Assembly: GCF_006345805.1 (NCBI RefSeq)
Contig: NC_043012.1
Span: 13,206,001-13,270,000, forward strand
From: Octopus sinensis
Lineage: Eukaryota
Direction: 5' to 3'
DNA length: 64,000 bases
Shown here: positions 10,938-24,343 of the stretch, piece by piece
Numbering within the stretch: position 1 is the stretch's first letter
Layout: the number at the start of each line of letters is the position of its first letter
Made by a program: the position numbers and the translations under genes
The notes under the pieces: generated by a model
The model's database searches: none
Told to the model about the DNA's origin: nothing
What the model saw: the letters and a program-made list of their open reading frames with translations, nothing else

Positions 10938-13531
10938 ATATCCAATATGTAATGATAACATACCCCAGGTACAAAATTCTTCATTATGACTTGGATATAT
11001 CTGAAAAAGACAGTTGAAATTTTATATACTGAGATAACGCAAACAGAATATTATGTAATTTTACTATCGTTACACAATGGATACGACGTCAATTATACCG
11101 ATATAGATGTTGAAATATTATAGAAATGTATTGAGCAGTCATGAATAACAATAATAACAACAACAGCAACAACAACAACAACAACAGATTTTTTTTAGTG
11201 AACATTAAGAATCTTGTACAAATTTTTATAAAAACTCAGGAAAAATACCGACAAAATTAAACTCTAAACTCTAATCGATATTTCTGGCGGTCGGACAGAA
11301 ATATATCAATATAGGAGTAACTGATACACACCAAATAAATACACATCAAATATTTACAGACATTAATTGCTACAACTCAGTCATTAATCACCGTGATATA
11401 AGGTAGAAAATGAAGAATATGAACTAAAAAGAAGAAGAAATAAGCTGAGCAGAGAGAATTCGATGTGAAATTTTGGAGGAAGCGACGTAGTTGAAATACA
11501 TTTGGGGTTTTCAAGTTTGAATATTTAAATTGTAACTTCAAATACATCAGGGGTTGATAGGATTTCGAAATATCCATGGTCACAAGAAAACAAAAGCATC
11601 AGCTGTATTTATCGATGCCAGTGAATCATATAATTACGTCCTATGGAAAACTGTGAAATTTTATTAATGGAAAATCGATAATGTTTTTCCGTTGCATATT
11701 CAGAAACTTCTCTATAAATAAGTTTTGTGTTCTTACCACACATCAAAATTTGCATTTGAAGTATTATCTTGAATTTCACGAAAAGTATTTTAAAATAATT
11801 ATACGAGATATATATTTTAATGGTTTCCGGTGTCTAGCACTGTTTTCCTCACAAAAAATATCTGCATGATGAGCTAATCTTTATCTAAAAGTAGACATAA
11901 ACTCCTTCTGTTTAAAATACAGAGAATGATGTTAATTACTGAAGCAGAAAACAAGTAGATTTCATCTACGTTCCTGATATAAATGAGAAAAATAAGTATC
12001 CTCATCCAACATCTTGCAGCGGAACTCTACTTGGTTTCATCCTAATTCTGAATTGGATAATCATGTGCGAATTGTAATTCATGTCAAGTTCATTAGTCGT
12101 GTTTTCTCTTTCGTTATAGCAAAAAAGAAAATTTATCCTTAGAGCGAGATTTATGCTATTTAATCAATATTTCTAATATTGTGAAGGCTAGCAGGCAGTT
12201 CTTACGTTAATACATTTTTGTGATAGACAATGCCCCCCCCCCCTTTAGTTGTCAATCATAGAGAGAACAAATGTGTTCCTCGTTTTAGCAAATTGAAGAG
12301 TGAATTTGTCACTCAAGTTGTTAAGTAACATTATATTCTGAACTAAATAAAAATGTATGCTTGCGTAATCAGTGTCATTAATCACTACTGAAGTGTCCTG
12401 TGTTTGCTAAAAATTACAAACTTTGTGCTACAGGTCCTTCTCGATTTTATTATGCATGTGGTTTTAACGTACGTATCTACAGGTTTGTACGAACTAATTC
12501 CCGCGGATTAGTATTATATTTGGAAAGAAAGTTTTGAATAATAAGGTGCAACTATATTGTCCTTTCTTAATACAAGATAAAAAAACTACCTTTATTTTAA
12601 TCAATCATCGACGAAACGTAGAATGATCTCAAGGAATATCTTCAAAACCTCCCTTTATTCACTTAAATCACTCTCCAGGAAAGATACGCAAATTACACCG
12701 AAAACAAATGCCCTGAGGGTCTCGGAGTGAGAGCAATTTCTTAGGTTCTGATTAACTAAAATTGATATGTAAAATCCCAACCAAAATAGCAATAAAAATA
12801 GAATTTACTACTCTATATAAATATATCATTTATTTTTTATTTTACTATATTTTCCGTAAAAATGACTTTAATCATTGATGGCTGACCGTTTTAATAATTA
12901 TAATCATCCTTTCAGTTATAAGGAAAATACATTGGAATTTATGAATTATTGAAATTCTGAAATAAGAAAAATCGAGATACTTAAAACGATTTGGTTGCGT
13001 GGCATAGTAAGTATCAATGGTTAGTTTGCAAAACTTAAATGCACAAGTGTAGCAAAACAGTCGAAGAAAGCAATATCTGAAATAGTTAAGGCCGTATTAT
13101 AACTTTGCAAGCGAGAGCTGTCATTATCTAGAAATTATGAATGATAAGATAATCATAACATAATTATAGAGAATATTTGCATTGCTTGGCTGAATTTCAG
13201 TTTATGAATGAAAGCGTTATGCTAATGAACGATTAATATATATATTAAGATTGTCAAGCACAATATAATGAAACATTATATCTGTATATGAAAGTAAGTA
13301 AACAATGTAATTCGAACATATGTTTAAATGCCTCTAGTTAGCTCTACTTCCAGAACTGTCATTTATCAATAGTTTTCATTTCAAAATATGTTACAGAACA
13401 ATGAAATATGAAATGAAGACACACTCAAGGATATGTATGGCAAAATAGATTTATTTGATCTTCCTCTTCTTCACGTTATGATGTGATTGATCAAGGAATA
13501 AAGCAGAAATTGAATGGCTTGAAAATAGGCA

Positions 13532-13762
13532 TACGAGGGAATACTGAAAGTTTCCTGGCTTTAATAGTATCGCGAAATGCCTGGTCGGAGGCTCAACCAT
13601 CCGTGTTCTTTCACAAGGCTTAGAAAAACTCAAAGGTTGTTGCAGAAAGTGTGTACATCTGAGAGGAGAATACGGTGAATAAAATCATAATTAAATGAAC
13701 CTCTTGTATTTTCTTTTACCCAAAGACAGGAACTATTCAGCCCCCATTCCCGCTCGTCAGTA
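13532..13762. mobile_element. mariner-derived MITE (~230 bp)
   Basis: TA-CGAGGGAATACTGAAAGTTTCCTGGC ... GACAGGAACTATTCAGCCCCC..CTCGTCAG-TA. The interior translates as LEKL...CRKCVHLRGEYGE*, the mariner transposase C-terminus. Confidence 0.7.
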
Positions 13763-13919
13763 GACACTAACCCTACGACTAGTGGCCGTTGACAGCCTAC
13801 TTTGAAAAGAAGCAATTGAACCTGTTCTAGTCGTTCGTTCTTTGGTTGATTGTGTTATGGTTTCGTTTTTACAGTATTTACGTTTTGACAGAGCAACGCT
13901 CATTGACATGTATTGATGT

Positions 13920-13975
13920 TTCTTTCGTATTCACAATTATTATTGTGTAAGTCAGAGACCGAGAAGAAACAGCAA

Positions 13976-14012
<37 letters not shown>

Positions 14013-14430
14013 AAAGAGAGAGAGAGAGAGGGGGAGGGAGGGAGGAAGGGGCTGAGAGAGGCCTTGTATGAATATGGATATATATGTAATTAAAACATAA
14101 AATACAATATTTTGCTCACAAATTTGCAGTTTTTGTATAGAAATATTGCAATCCATATGCTTACATTTTCACGCACGTGTTGTTGCTGCGGCGTATCTGA
14201 GGGAAGTTTATCTTTTTTATATATATAATGTAAGCCATCACAGTTTCCTCACGTGGCCTACATAATAACATAGTTTCCTTTCATTGTTCTTGTAGATTCT
14301 TAATTCCAAGTTCGTGACGGTTTCAGATTTGATCTAATCTTCCCGGCAGCTCGGTGTCACACGTCCATTGGAGCTTGCTCATTTATTTACTATTGATGTG
14401 TAAGCGAGAGACCGAGAAGCGACAACAATG

Positions 14431-14497
<67 letters not shown>

Positions 14498-14606
14498 ATG
14501 TATGTATGTATGTATATATGTGTATGTATGTATGTATGTATGTATGTATGTATGTATGCATGTATGCATGTATATATATATGTATATATATATATATATA
14601 TGTATG

Positions 14607-14638
<32 letters not shown>

Positions 14639-14640
14639 GG

Positions 14641-14679
<39 letters not shown>

Positions 14680-14844
14680 TGAGAGAGTGAGAGAGACAAA
14701 GAGACAGAGAGAGAGAGAGGTCTTGTATTAATATAGATATATGTGTAATTAAAATTTAAATATTAAATTCAATATTTTACTCACAAATTTGCAGTTTTTG
14801 TATAGAAATACTGCAATCCATGTGTTTACATTTCCACGCACGTG
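13920..14844. repeat. local direct duplication (13920-14179 and 14380-14844) with an internal microsatellite of different length in each copy
   Basis: Shared GTGTAAG..AGAGACCGAGAAG and CTCACAAATTTGCAGTTTTTGTATAGAAATA.TGCAATCCAT...CACGCACGTG. Confidence 0.9.
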
Positions 14845-14849
14845 AAAAT

Positions 14850-14887
14850 TATTATTATTATAATTATTACTATTATTATTATTATTA

Positions 14888-14970
<83 letters not shown>
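14850..14970. repeat. (ATT)n microsatellite, target array of the adjacent R4/Dong element
   Basis: Direct inspection. Confidence 0.95.
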
Positions 14971-14971
<1 letters not shown>

Positions 14972-16262
14972 GTTTTTCCTTCTTTCTTCAAATTTTCTTC
15001 CGTTTCTCGCAGAGTGTTTTCCATACACCTAGGGCAGAAAAGGCATTGTATGCATTCCCAGATCATACGCGCAAATTCACAGATAAAATATGTATTTAAA
15101 AATTAATAAATAAATAAATACATGGATGGATGTTATTTTCACAGCGATAGTGCTCTTCTCAGTACATGAGCCGTTCGAGTTAATAGGATTTTTTGCACTT
15201 CCTGTAGGGATGGTAAGCCTGGAATCATTTTCAAATATGTTTCAGTACCTTTTTTTATCGTTCCTAGAGATCCTACAATCACTGGTACTGTAGTCGCCTT
15301 GAGATGCCACCTTTTTTCAATTTCCATTAGCAGGTCTTTATATTTAATAATCTTGTCAAATTCTTTCACCGTTATATTGTGATCACAGGGAATACTCATG
15401 TCAATTAATAAACACATCCTTTTGTCTGATCTTTTATAATGATATCCGCTTTATTGGCTCTTATAGTCCTGTCGGTCTGCACGCGGAAGTCCCATAGAAT
15501 CGACACATTTTCTCCCTCAGTCACAGCTTCAGAATGATGTTTATACCATTTGTCAGCGGTTTTGATTTTATAATGCCAACATATTGTCCAGTGTATATAC
15601 TGGCCGACTCTGTCATGTCTTGCTTTATATTCTCCAGGTGCTAAGACTCTACACCCTGAGATTAAGTGGTCTATTGTTTCAATCTCATCGTTACAGAATC
15701 GGCATTTTGGGTCAGCTCCATTTTTCATCACATTGGCTTGGTAGTTCCGAGTTAATAAGCTTTGGTGTTGAGCAGCTAATATGAAACCTTCACTCTCTGC
15801 TTTTAGCCCTGAACTTCGTAACCATTGGTGCGTGTGTTCCTGGTCGACATCAGCATGTTTGCTACGGGTCACATACTCGCCATGGAAAGGTTTCTGTTCC
15901 CATCTGCTAGCTAAATTTTCATGTGCTTTTGTCTTTGCAATTAATTTTATTTTCTTTGCAGCTGCAGTTGGCGTATTTCCTTCAGCCTGCTCAATCTGGT
16001 GGGTACCTAAGAGATGAGCAGCGAATTTGTTGCTCTCTTTGAGAATAGAGTGAAGTTTTTTAGGTCTTTCATGTTTATCAACAAGTTTTAGCATCCAATC
16101 GTTGGTTGCTTCAAGGTATTTGGCCAGTCCGATTGTGGTGGTTTTGTATGTAAGTTCAAGCTGGATCAAACCTCGACGTCCCTGAGCTCTGGGAAGGTAA
16201 AGGCGATCCACGTCTGCCTTTGGATGGTGCATCTTATTACAAGTCAGTAGCTTGCGGATTTT
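14971..16262 (-). mobile_element. 5'-truncated R4/Dong-clade non-LTR retrotransposon (copy A), ORF C-terminus plus 3' UTR, flanked by (AAT)n
   Basis: Contains the RLE-type ORF; the 3' UTR (15138-14971) runs directly into (AAT)n, and the 5' junction also lies in (AAT)n. Confidence 0.9.
15139..16262 (-). pseudogene. R4/Dong-type RT thumb + CCHC zinc knuckle + restriction-like endonuclease; single frameshift near 15417
   Basis: HHPKADVDRLYLPRAQG, CRFC...ETIDHLISGC, ARHDRV, ILWDF, (P>A)DIIIKD, LLIDMSIP, KE..K..KY, VPVIVGSLG, ...HVLRRALSL*. Confidence 0.92.
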
Positions 16263-16296
16263 TATTATCATTGCGGTTATTATTATTATTATTATT

Positions 16297-16607
16297 CTAT
16301 GTTTGACTTTTGCTTTATGTCTGTACAAGTTGGCTCCAAGTCTCACCCAGAGACCTCAAGAGACAACAGGTTGGAAGTTCACGTTGTTGTTATGCCTAGT
16401 GTGCCATATATTTTTTTTTTTTGTGTTGTACTAGTGAATGTCTAATACATAAATGTTTTTAAAAAAAGTTTGTTTTAAACCTTGGGATTACATAGAGAGT
16501 ATTTTGCGTAGGATATGAGCAGTTCCCATGCGCACTATCTTTTGAATTTCTGCCATTTTGGGGTTTCCTGGTATCTGAGTTAGGTAGCAATCAGCCCCTT
16601 TCGCCCC

Positions 16608-16608
<1 letters not shown>
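16297..16608 (-). mobile_element. second, heavily 5'-truncated R4/Dong element (copy B): last ~40 codons plus a different 3' UTR
   Basis: YLTQIPGNPKMAEIQKIVRMGTAHILRKILSM* is homologous to the end of copy A. The 3' UTR ends ...AAACATAG(AAT)n, with (AAT)n on both sides. Confidence 0.85.
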
Positions 16609-16680
<72 letters not shown>

Positions 16681-16700
16681 CATCATCATCATTATCATCA
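16609..16700. repeat. (ATT)n/(ATC)n microsatellite
   Basis: Direct inspection. Confidence 0.95.
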
Positions 16701-16965
16701 TCCATGCCCTATCATTAATCATGCTTTTAAAATAGTACCATAATTTCCTGAAAATAGAAGCTAATCGAATTTCAGTTACACTTCGTTCAGAGAAGAATAC
16801 ACGGAGTGCGTGAAGTGTCAGATATACAATCAGAAAACATAATAAATTGAATTTATAAAACATATTAATAATGGAAGAAACAATACAAGTTGTAATTCAA
16901 CTAGAAGTACAAGATTAAAAAATGATGTCATTGAAACTAGAGAAAATTAAATTTCGTAAACAAGC

Positions 16966-17170
16966 AGGCACAGCAGTGGCTGTGTGGTAAGAAGCTTTCT
17001 TCCAGCCACATGGTTTTGTGTTCAGTCCCACTGCGTGGCACCTTGGCGAAGTGTCCTCTACTATAGCCTTGTGCCAACCAAAGCCTTGTAAATGGATTTG
17101 GTAGACGGAAACTGAAAGAAGCCCTCCGTATATGCATATATATATATACATACGTACATACCCGCGCATA

Positions 17171-17239
<69 letters not shown>

Positions 17240-17428
17240 CTCCCCCTACTATTGCTTCACAACTCACGTTGATGTGTTTACGTCCTCGTAACCGCATGGG
17301 AAGAAGAGACCAATAGAATATGTACTAGGCTTACAAAGAATAAGTCCTGGGGTCGATTTGTTCGACTAAAGGCGGTGCTCCAACATGGCCACAGTCAAAT
17401 GACTGAAACAAGTAAAAGAGTAAAGGAG
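16966..17428 (+). mobile_element. SINE family A, full length
   Basis: Complete head, central (TA)(TG) tract and AGTAAAAGAG tail. Confidence 0.92.
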
Positions 17429-19555
17429 ATTTAGAATTAATGTTATTTACCTGCCTAAGATTGGCGAATGTGTCGATGCATTTTCTACCTTTATTGTTGA
17501 GTCTAATGGTATAAAATATGTATTTATGAAGTTTAGTGAACTAGACAAATAAATAGATTACTGTTAAATGTAAATGAATGCGGGATTTCAGCTCAGTTTT
17601 GCTTACGATAGTAACTTAACTCTTGTGATTTCGCAGAATTTCGGATCCTTATCATGATGTTTATTTTCTATTGATCTCAATTTTTCATATTTGATTCGCT
17701 TTGATTCAATATTTAAAAAGAAATGCTTTAAAACATAATTGTCAACATTTAGTGCATGACTTATACCTACGCTTTAACAAGAGCAGCTTTTGCAATGTGA
17801 CAGTAGTTAATTGCCACAAACAGATCCACAAACAAATACTTTCGATGCAATGTCTGTTTATCGTTTTGTCATTACAACAAGGATACCTACTTGCTTTGGT
17901 CACTTGCTTGGGCCACTGCTTGTTTTACGACTATTATCAATCGGATACCCTGTCTTAAGCTATTTATCCAGAGATAATCAACCACCAACTTGCATTCCGC
18001 TATCTATACCCCTGTAAGGTTTCACACCACACAATACCCGATTACACTGAAGCAACTTCTGTGGCGTTCATAGACAACTTGATGGATTACCCCCTACTTG
18101 TCCCTGTGATGCCCACATATATCAAGTTCAGAAGGGGCACCAGCCTACCTCAATGGGATCATACTTTAAGTAGTATTGCAATTATAGAAATGTCTCCTGT
18201 GATAAATATCTCCTATGATAAATTCTGTAAGCTCGTGGTTTGCTATTTGTTCACAATAGAAGGAACTGCATTAGTAGAATTTGTGTCCGTGGTATATGTC
18301 TCAGCAAGTAGATTTGAACTATTCCTGTGGCTGATTCCACATTAACAGGTACTTACAGACGGCGGTAGATGCTCTAAAAGACCCCTAAGTATAGTGTTAT
18401 ACTCCTTAGAAGATTTCGTTTGTATATCCGAAGTGTTTGATTCTTTCATTGTCCATTTATTTCTGTAATGGTGTTTCCAGATGGATTTTAATATTATACC
18501 ATTTTTAATTTCCTAGCACTGTCTCTTAAAGAGACAAGAGGATTCATATAATATTGGTTAAATCTGCTTTCAGAAATTCCACTGCATTATTGGTATGGAT
18601 TCTCTCATTTGTGCTTGTACAGCCTACCTCTCCTTCATACATCATTCCTTCCATTCTATATGCGTGATTCAATGGTTAAACATTTCAGATATCTTCATAT
18701 ATCCTTCTCGAAAGTCTGTTCGACTGCTCTCTCTTTAATATGCATTTGTTTTCTTTTTGTTTTGTTTTTCTTACATAGTGTAATACTCGAGGTCATTTTC
18801 AGATTATGCCTATTAAAGTGATAATTATCCAAGCTGCCTAGGAGAATGCTGATATGTTATTTCAACACTTTTCTTCTTAGATCGGATCGGTCGGCTGGTA
18901 GACGCTGTATCAAACAAATGCTATAATTGAAACACGAAATGAAAACGCTGTTTGGTAAGGCGTTTTATTATTTCTTCAGACGGAGATGGTTTTGCTTAGA
19001 ATAAAGCAATTATTATAATGACATTTTTATTTAAGTTCGATTTATTTATTTATTTTTTTGGCAACAACTCCTGTTTATAAGTTTATTGTTTTGGAAGGTT
19101 TCTTTTAATGCTGGTATATATCGGCATCTAAAACAAAAGTAACGTCTATGAGACTATATTATGTATAGATTTTCAGTCCTTGCTCGTTGAATGTGTAGCT
19201 ACCTTTGTAAACCTCGATAACGTATGACCATTTGTATTTCTTATATAGACAGAGACATACATCTCTCCATATAACCTCCAGCATGCATTGCATGTATAGT
19301 TGGACTACATCGTTAATATCTTGTAAGAAAGTTACATGTTATCATTGAATTAACTTATGGCATCAGATTATTTTACCCACGCAGATTGACGTTCGAGATG
19401 GTGCTTTACGTTTTAGATAAATCCCTAAATCAATTGAATTTAATTCTACACAACCTCGAAGCTTATTCTTGTGCCTTTCCCCTTGTATTTTCATTAAGCT
19501 ATTACTTTACACCACTAAAGACAATACTATTTATATTACTTTACCCATGCCTTAT

Positions 19556-19680
19556 CTTTCATTTTACTTGTTTCAGTCATTCGACTGCGGAAACGATGCG
19601 GCCTCGACTCGAGGAATTTAAAGAAATCAGCTCTAATTATTTCTAGCCTGGTACTTATTCTGGCACTTTGTCAAACCGCT
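19556..19680 (-). mobile_element. SINE family A, 3' fragment
   Basis: TTTTACTTGTTTCAGTCATTCGACTGCGG...GGTACTTATTCT. Confidence 0.7.
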
Positions 19681-20919
19681 CCCAGATTTCAAGGTCCGTG
19701 GGGTGTAGAGCAGTGAACCACAGCCGGTATGCCGAAGCAAACTAGTATGCCGCCACGAGTCCATGCTAGCTGTGCTATAGTGTAACCTGAATATGAGTTT
19801 TCCCTATACTTCTAACTGTATTTATAGTTCAGGTGTTCCGCCGAATTTTGAAAATAATATAAGTGAACTGTAAATGAAAAAAGGTTGCAGTTCGCTGCTC
19901 TAATATCAAAAAGAAGCCCAAAGACATACACAAGCACATCCGTCTCTCTCTCTCTCTCGCTCTCTGCTTCTCCCCTGTTACATAATGTGTGCGTGTGTTT
20001 CGGCTTGTGTGTGTGTGCGTGTGTGTTTGTGCTTGTATGTGTGTGTTTGTGCTTGTGTGGTGTGTGTGTACGTGTGTATGTGTGAATATGCAAACTTCAA
20101 AGTAAAATGAACATTATTGGGGTTGAGGCGTTCAACAAAAATTCTTCAACGCTCTGCCACAGTACAGCAGCAATCTAATGAGTGAAAGAAGTAAAAGATA
20201 CACACACGCACATATGAACTGTATATGAACTGTATGTTATGCGTTCATTCTCGTGTGAGGAAAACCGTTGGAAACATAAGCCTGCCAAAGTAGTAGGAAA
20301 TAAACGTTCGTTTGTTTTTAATATTGACACTTTTTAGTCTATTCAGGCCAATAGACAAGAAAATATCACATTGTCAAACCAATATATTTATAGATATGTC
20401 AATCACAACAGATTGTATGACATCGTGGAAACTTTGTAAAGTAAATATATGCAACAACATCGAAATATAAATATTTAAAATGTGGTATTTAAGAATAACC
20501 ACTGTACTTGCGATCATTGCATCTTTTAGGACAATAGAAAATAACCATTCTTAAATATTATGTTCAAATACAAGGAAACCGAAAATTATTGCACGGATAT
20601 GACTGAAACTGATATAAGATAAAATAGACAACGAAGAAAAATAGTAAACTTTACATGTCATTGTAGCGCACACATATGACAATGTATCGTTTTCCTTTAT
20701 GCGAACATATGGCGTTCCTACCTTAAACAAAAACAGAGGTTAAAATAAAAGCAACCGAGTAAATAGCGGTATTATAGAGAAAGTACACTAGCTGTAATTC
20801 TGTCTTCATTTAGTTAATGATTTATATACATAAAATAACAACAAATAATTATATAAAATAACAAAAAATTTATTGAAGCATATTTTGTATGTTTTTTCTT
20901 TAATTTTCTTTAATTTTAG

Positions 20920-21252
20920 AATGCGGCCACGTGTTGCAGCGTCTTGAAGAATTTCTAGTGAAATCAATCGGTCCCAAGACTTAGTTATTTTGATGCCAGG
21001 TACTTATTGTATCGAACTCATTTACTGAGTAGCTACTTTACAAGGACACAAACATACCAACGCCAGTTGTTAAGTGGTGGATTGGACAGGCACAGACAAG
21101 GACACGCATGTATACGATGAGATTCTTTCACTTTCACTTTGCTCAGCCTGAGGCTATAGCAGAACATACTTGCAGAAGTTGATCTGCTGTGGGACTGAAC
21201 CCAGAACTTGTGGTTGGAAAGCAAGTATCTTACCTTATAGCTACGCCCGCAT
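20920..21252 (-). mobile_element. SINE family A, degenerate
   Basis: GTGGGACTGAACCCAGAAC...CTTACC...GCTACGCCCGC head and a diverged tail. Confidence 0.75.
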
Positions 21253-21918
21253 GTATGGCTGTAATACACAGGTAACTCCTAGGTGTTCATTCATGTGTAT
21301 CTTGTTATCTGATGAATAATTTTCATTTCAACAAATTATTGCAGAGTTGATTGAAACAGAAATCACTATGTACGTAAGATATGCAATAGCAGAGTATCAA
21401 ACACCCACATTTAAGTACAGCAATCTCTTGGAGAAATCTTATCTCCACTTGAATGTGGGAATATGTGAAGAGCTTTTGGTTTAAAAGATATCCATTTAAA
21501 CCTATATAAGAATCTCTATAAGGAATGTTCTAGGGGGTATTTTATGAGTGTCGAGCAAAGCGTCTTAAAGACAATTACAGTTAAAGAAATATATATCATG
21601 AATGATACTTTGAAGTAGAAAGAAAAATATTATAATGGTATATGGATAAGTTTATGCTTGGTGATGCAATTTACAAAGAGATTACAACAAGCATATTTCA
21701 ATTTAAGTGTATTTGTAGCACAAAAAGGTTATGGTGTTTATTTATAGATACAAAGAGAAGCAATTTAAGGCGCCACCAGTAATACGAGAAAGTGAGATAA
21801 GAATAAATGTAGTATTATACCCCAGTATATTTCATGACATTTCTTTTTTATTTTATTTACGTCCATTGGTAAGATCACATGATTTGTCTTTTCTATGATA
21901 GTAATTTTAGGAAGTTAT

Positions 21919-21920
21919 TC

Positions 21921-21955
<35 letters not shown>

Positions 21956-23040
21956 ATATAAGTGGTTTTGGGCCAAATTTGTGTGCACATTTTGCTACGT
22001 CAGAGGTTGGTGGCCAAACCAGTGGTCGGATCGAGCTGAAAATTGACACAGGCATAGATGGCGTGATGAGGCAGAGATTTGAGTAGGTTAAAACTCGACA
22101 TCTGGAAAGTTTCTGTTGCTATGGCGAGAAGAGTGACTTTTAATCGATTCAAAGGGGCTCTAAGCCCCTCCAGATTGGCGCGATTGACATCTAATCTAAT
22201 CTATAAAATGAAGAAGGCAAACGTTGATACAAATAGGATTTTTATGTAAAAAGGGGTTTAAATGGGGCAAGAAGGGAATTAAAATTTACAGAAGAGTTAA
22301 CTTGAGGAGAGAAATTGATTGGGAGACGTTTTGTGGACGCTATAGTGGTTGCTTTTCTGTGAAATCGGGGATTTTATTGATTTTTGGGGCGACACTTGGG
22401 GGTCTAGATTGAACACCTTTTGCCCAAATTTTTAACATGGTAAAGTGGAAGCGGATTTGTAATTTAAGCGCGCAAAATAGGTTCGAAATGTTGAAAATTC
22501 AGGTAAGATTTTTGAAGTTGAAAAGAAATTCTCATTTTTACGTATTTATGCCTTTTATTTTTTATTGTTTACAGATTTCATTTTTCTGAAAGAAATTTAC
22601 ATCTGCACGTAGCCCGTGTGTATTTTTTTTCCATTTGCCTGGTCGATCGTCGAAAGATTCCAAAAATAAGTACTAAATTTAACAAAGAAATCCTTTTTTC
22701 CTTATAGTGGCACATACTCAAAAGTGGTACGTACAAAAGGCAAGTGTGCTTTCCGTTGTCACTGCCTGATATTTAGGTTTGATCTTTCAAAATATTTTCT
22801 TTCTCAACTTACTCGAGATATTTTTTTTTTATAAATGGGATGGAGATAGATAGAGAAAGATAAATAGTAAGAGAAAGCGAGGGAGAGTCCGAGAGAAAGG
22901 GAGAGTAAGAGAGTTGGAAACTGAGAGAGAAAGGAGAAAGAAACAAAGAAGGAGAATGTGGTGATAAGAAACAGAAAGAAAGCAACAAAAAGTAACAACC
23001 ACACCCTCACCCGCGCGTAGAGCGTGTCACCTTAAGCTAG
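21919..23040 (+). mobile_element. non-autonomous Helitron/Helentron-like element
   Basis: Starts in a TC-(AT)n tract and contains CGGATCGAGCTGAAAATTG. Ends with the hairpin CGCGC-GTAGA-GCGTG, a short spacer, then CTAG followed by T (23037-23041). Confidence 0.55.
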
Positions 23041-23074
23041 TTATATGTTCTAGTATAATATATTTTCTACAACA

Positions 23075-23185
23075 TCTGGGATTTTGGAGGAGGAGACTGG
23101 GCGATTACCTCGAACGCTGTGTTTAGATGGTCATTTCATTGGTACTGAAATGATGAAAGAGAAAGGTGACCTCGGAGGAATTTGA
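23075..23185 (-). mobile_element. SINE family B, degenerate fragment
   Basis: GAAATGATGAAAGAGAAAGGTGACCTCGGAGGAATTTGAA. Confidence 0.6.
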
Positions 23186-24133
23186 AGATAAAAATGGATA
23201 TGTTTGATACCATTTTTCTGGGTATTGAAATGACTACATAACCAATGATACTTGTTTGTAATGCTTCGTTTTCTAAAACGTGCTTGCTACTTTTGTTATT
23301 CTGACCATATTCTGTATAAGATCAAGACGACTCACTCTATGCCCTTGTCCATTTCTTCATGTTACCAACAAGTGTCGCCATCTGTGACTGAAATCATAAG
23401 TATATTAACATGTCTGTCGCACAATAATTAATATATTTCAAATGCGAATCAATAAAATTTCCTCTTCGGTATGTCGTTGCACAATCTGTATTTAATTTTA
23501 ATCCTATCGCACTATACGTAACTGTATTCAGCCAATTAGTTAACTAATCGTGTAACTATGATTCTAAATGATATTTGGCATCTTTTTAAAATATAAATTT
23601 CTGAGCCTTATATTAGATCAACACAAATTCCTTATTCGTACTACTTTCTAGATTTGTATATTTCAACATCGATATCATGGTTTCCAAAAACTATTAAATC
23701 TAATAGCAAACTCAAGAATATAAAGAAAATAAATTAGCTTTGAAATATTATGCTTTCAAATCGTTAACGAAAGATATACCAGAAGTAATTGCTAATTGAT
23801 TTAATTTCTTATAAAAAACGCTCAAACTCCCTCGAATATGTTAAATATTTCTGATTACCTTGTCAATAAATTTCATTACTTCCAGTTTACACGTTCTTTA
23901 ATTTATTGATTTCAAAATGTTTTTCCCTTATCCTCGACACGTTTGTTTCAATTTGTTCTATATTCAATATATATTTCTTCTAATTTTCGTATTAGTGAAA
24001 CGGTTCTCTTGTTTTTCTATTATTTTATTTTCTTTTTACAACAGCATTTATCCTTGTTTGTCTCTACCTCAACTCATATACTCACTCTTTCACTATGTTT
24101 CCCTCGCTCCATTTCATCTGCCTCTTACCCTAT

Positions 24134-24343
24134 CTGTTCTGGCAATGCTTTTCTTATGAGTGAAGGACTGCTTTCGGCCTGTCATATTCTCGTGCTCTAG
24201 GTAATGGATGATATTACTGTTTGTATATTCGAGCACGGGATTCGTGTGTGAGTTTGTGCGTCCGTGTGCTTGCGTGTGCGTTCGAGTGTGTATGTGTACG
24301 TGAATGCGTGTGAACACTTGAAACGGGATAATTATAGTGATAT
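24134..24343. repeat. ~210-bp direct repeat, copy 1 (copy 2 at 27450-27660)
   Basis: Shared TATGAGTGAAGGACTG.TTTCGGCCTGTCATATTCTCGT ... TTGAAACGGGATAATTATAGTGATAT. Confidence 0.9.

Noticed and set aside
9748-10961. Poly-Leu/Ile/Ser ORFs, also at 14820-15099, 16591-16863, 28459-28953 and 52517-53490
   Set aside because: Trinucleotide microsatellite translations.
11540-11660. GFR...VFIDASESYNYVLW, RT-like words
   Set aside because: Motif spacing is too short and the flanks do not extend; insufficient evidence.
12434-12482. Candidate 49-nt exon (PSRFYYACGFNVRIY)
   Set aside because: Splice sites are only moderate and there is no supporting homology; expected by chance in 64 kb.
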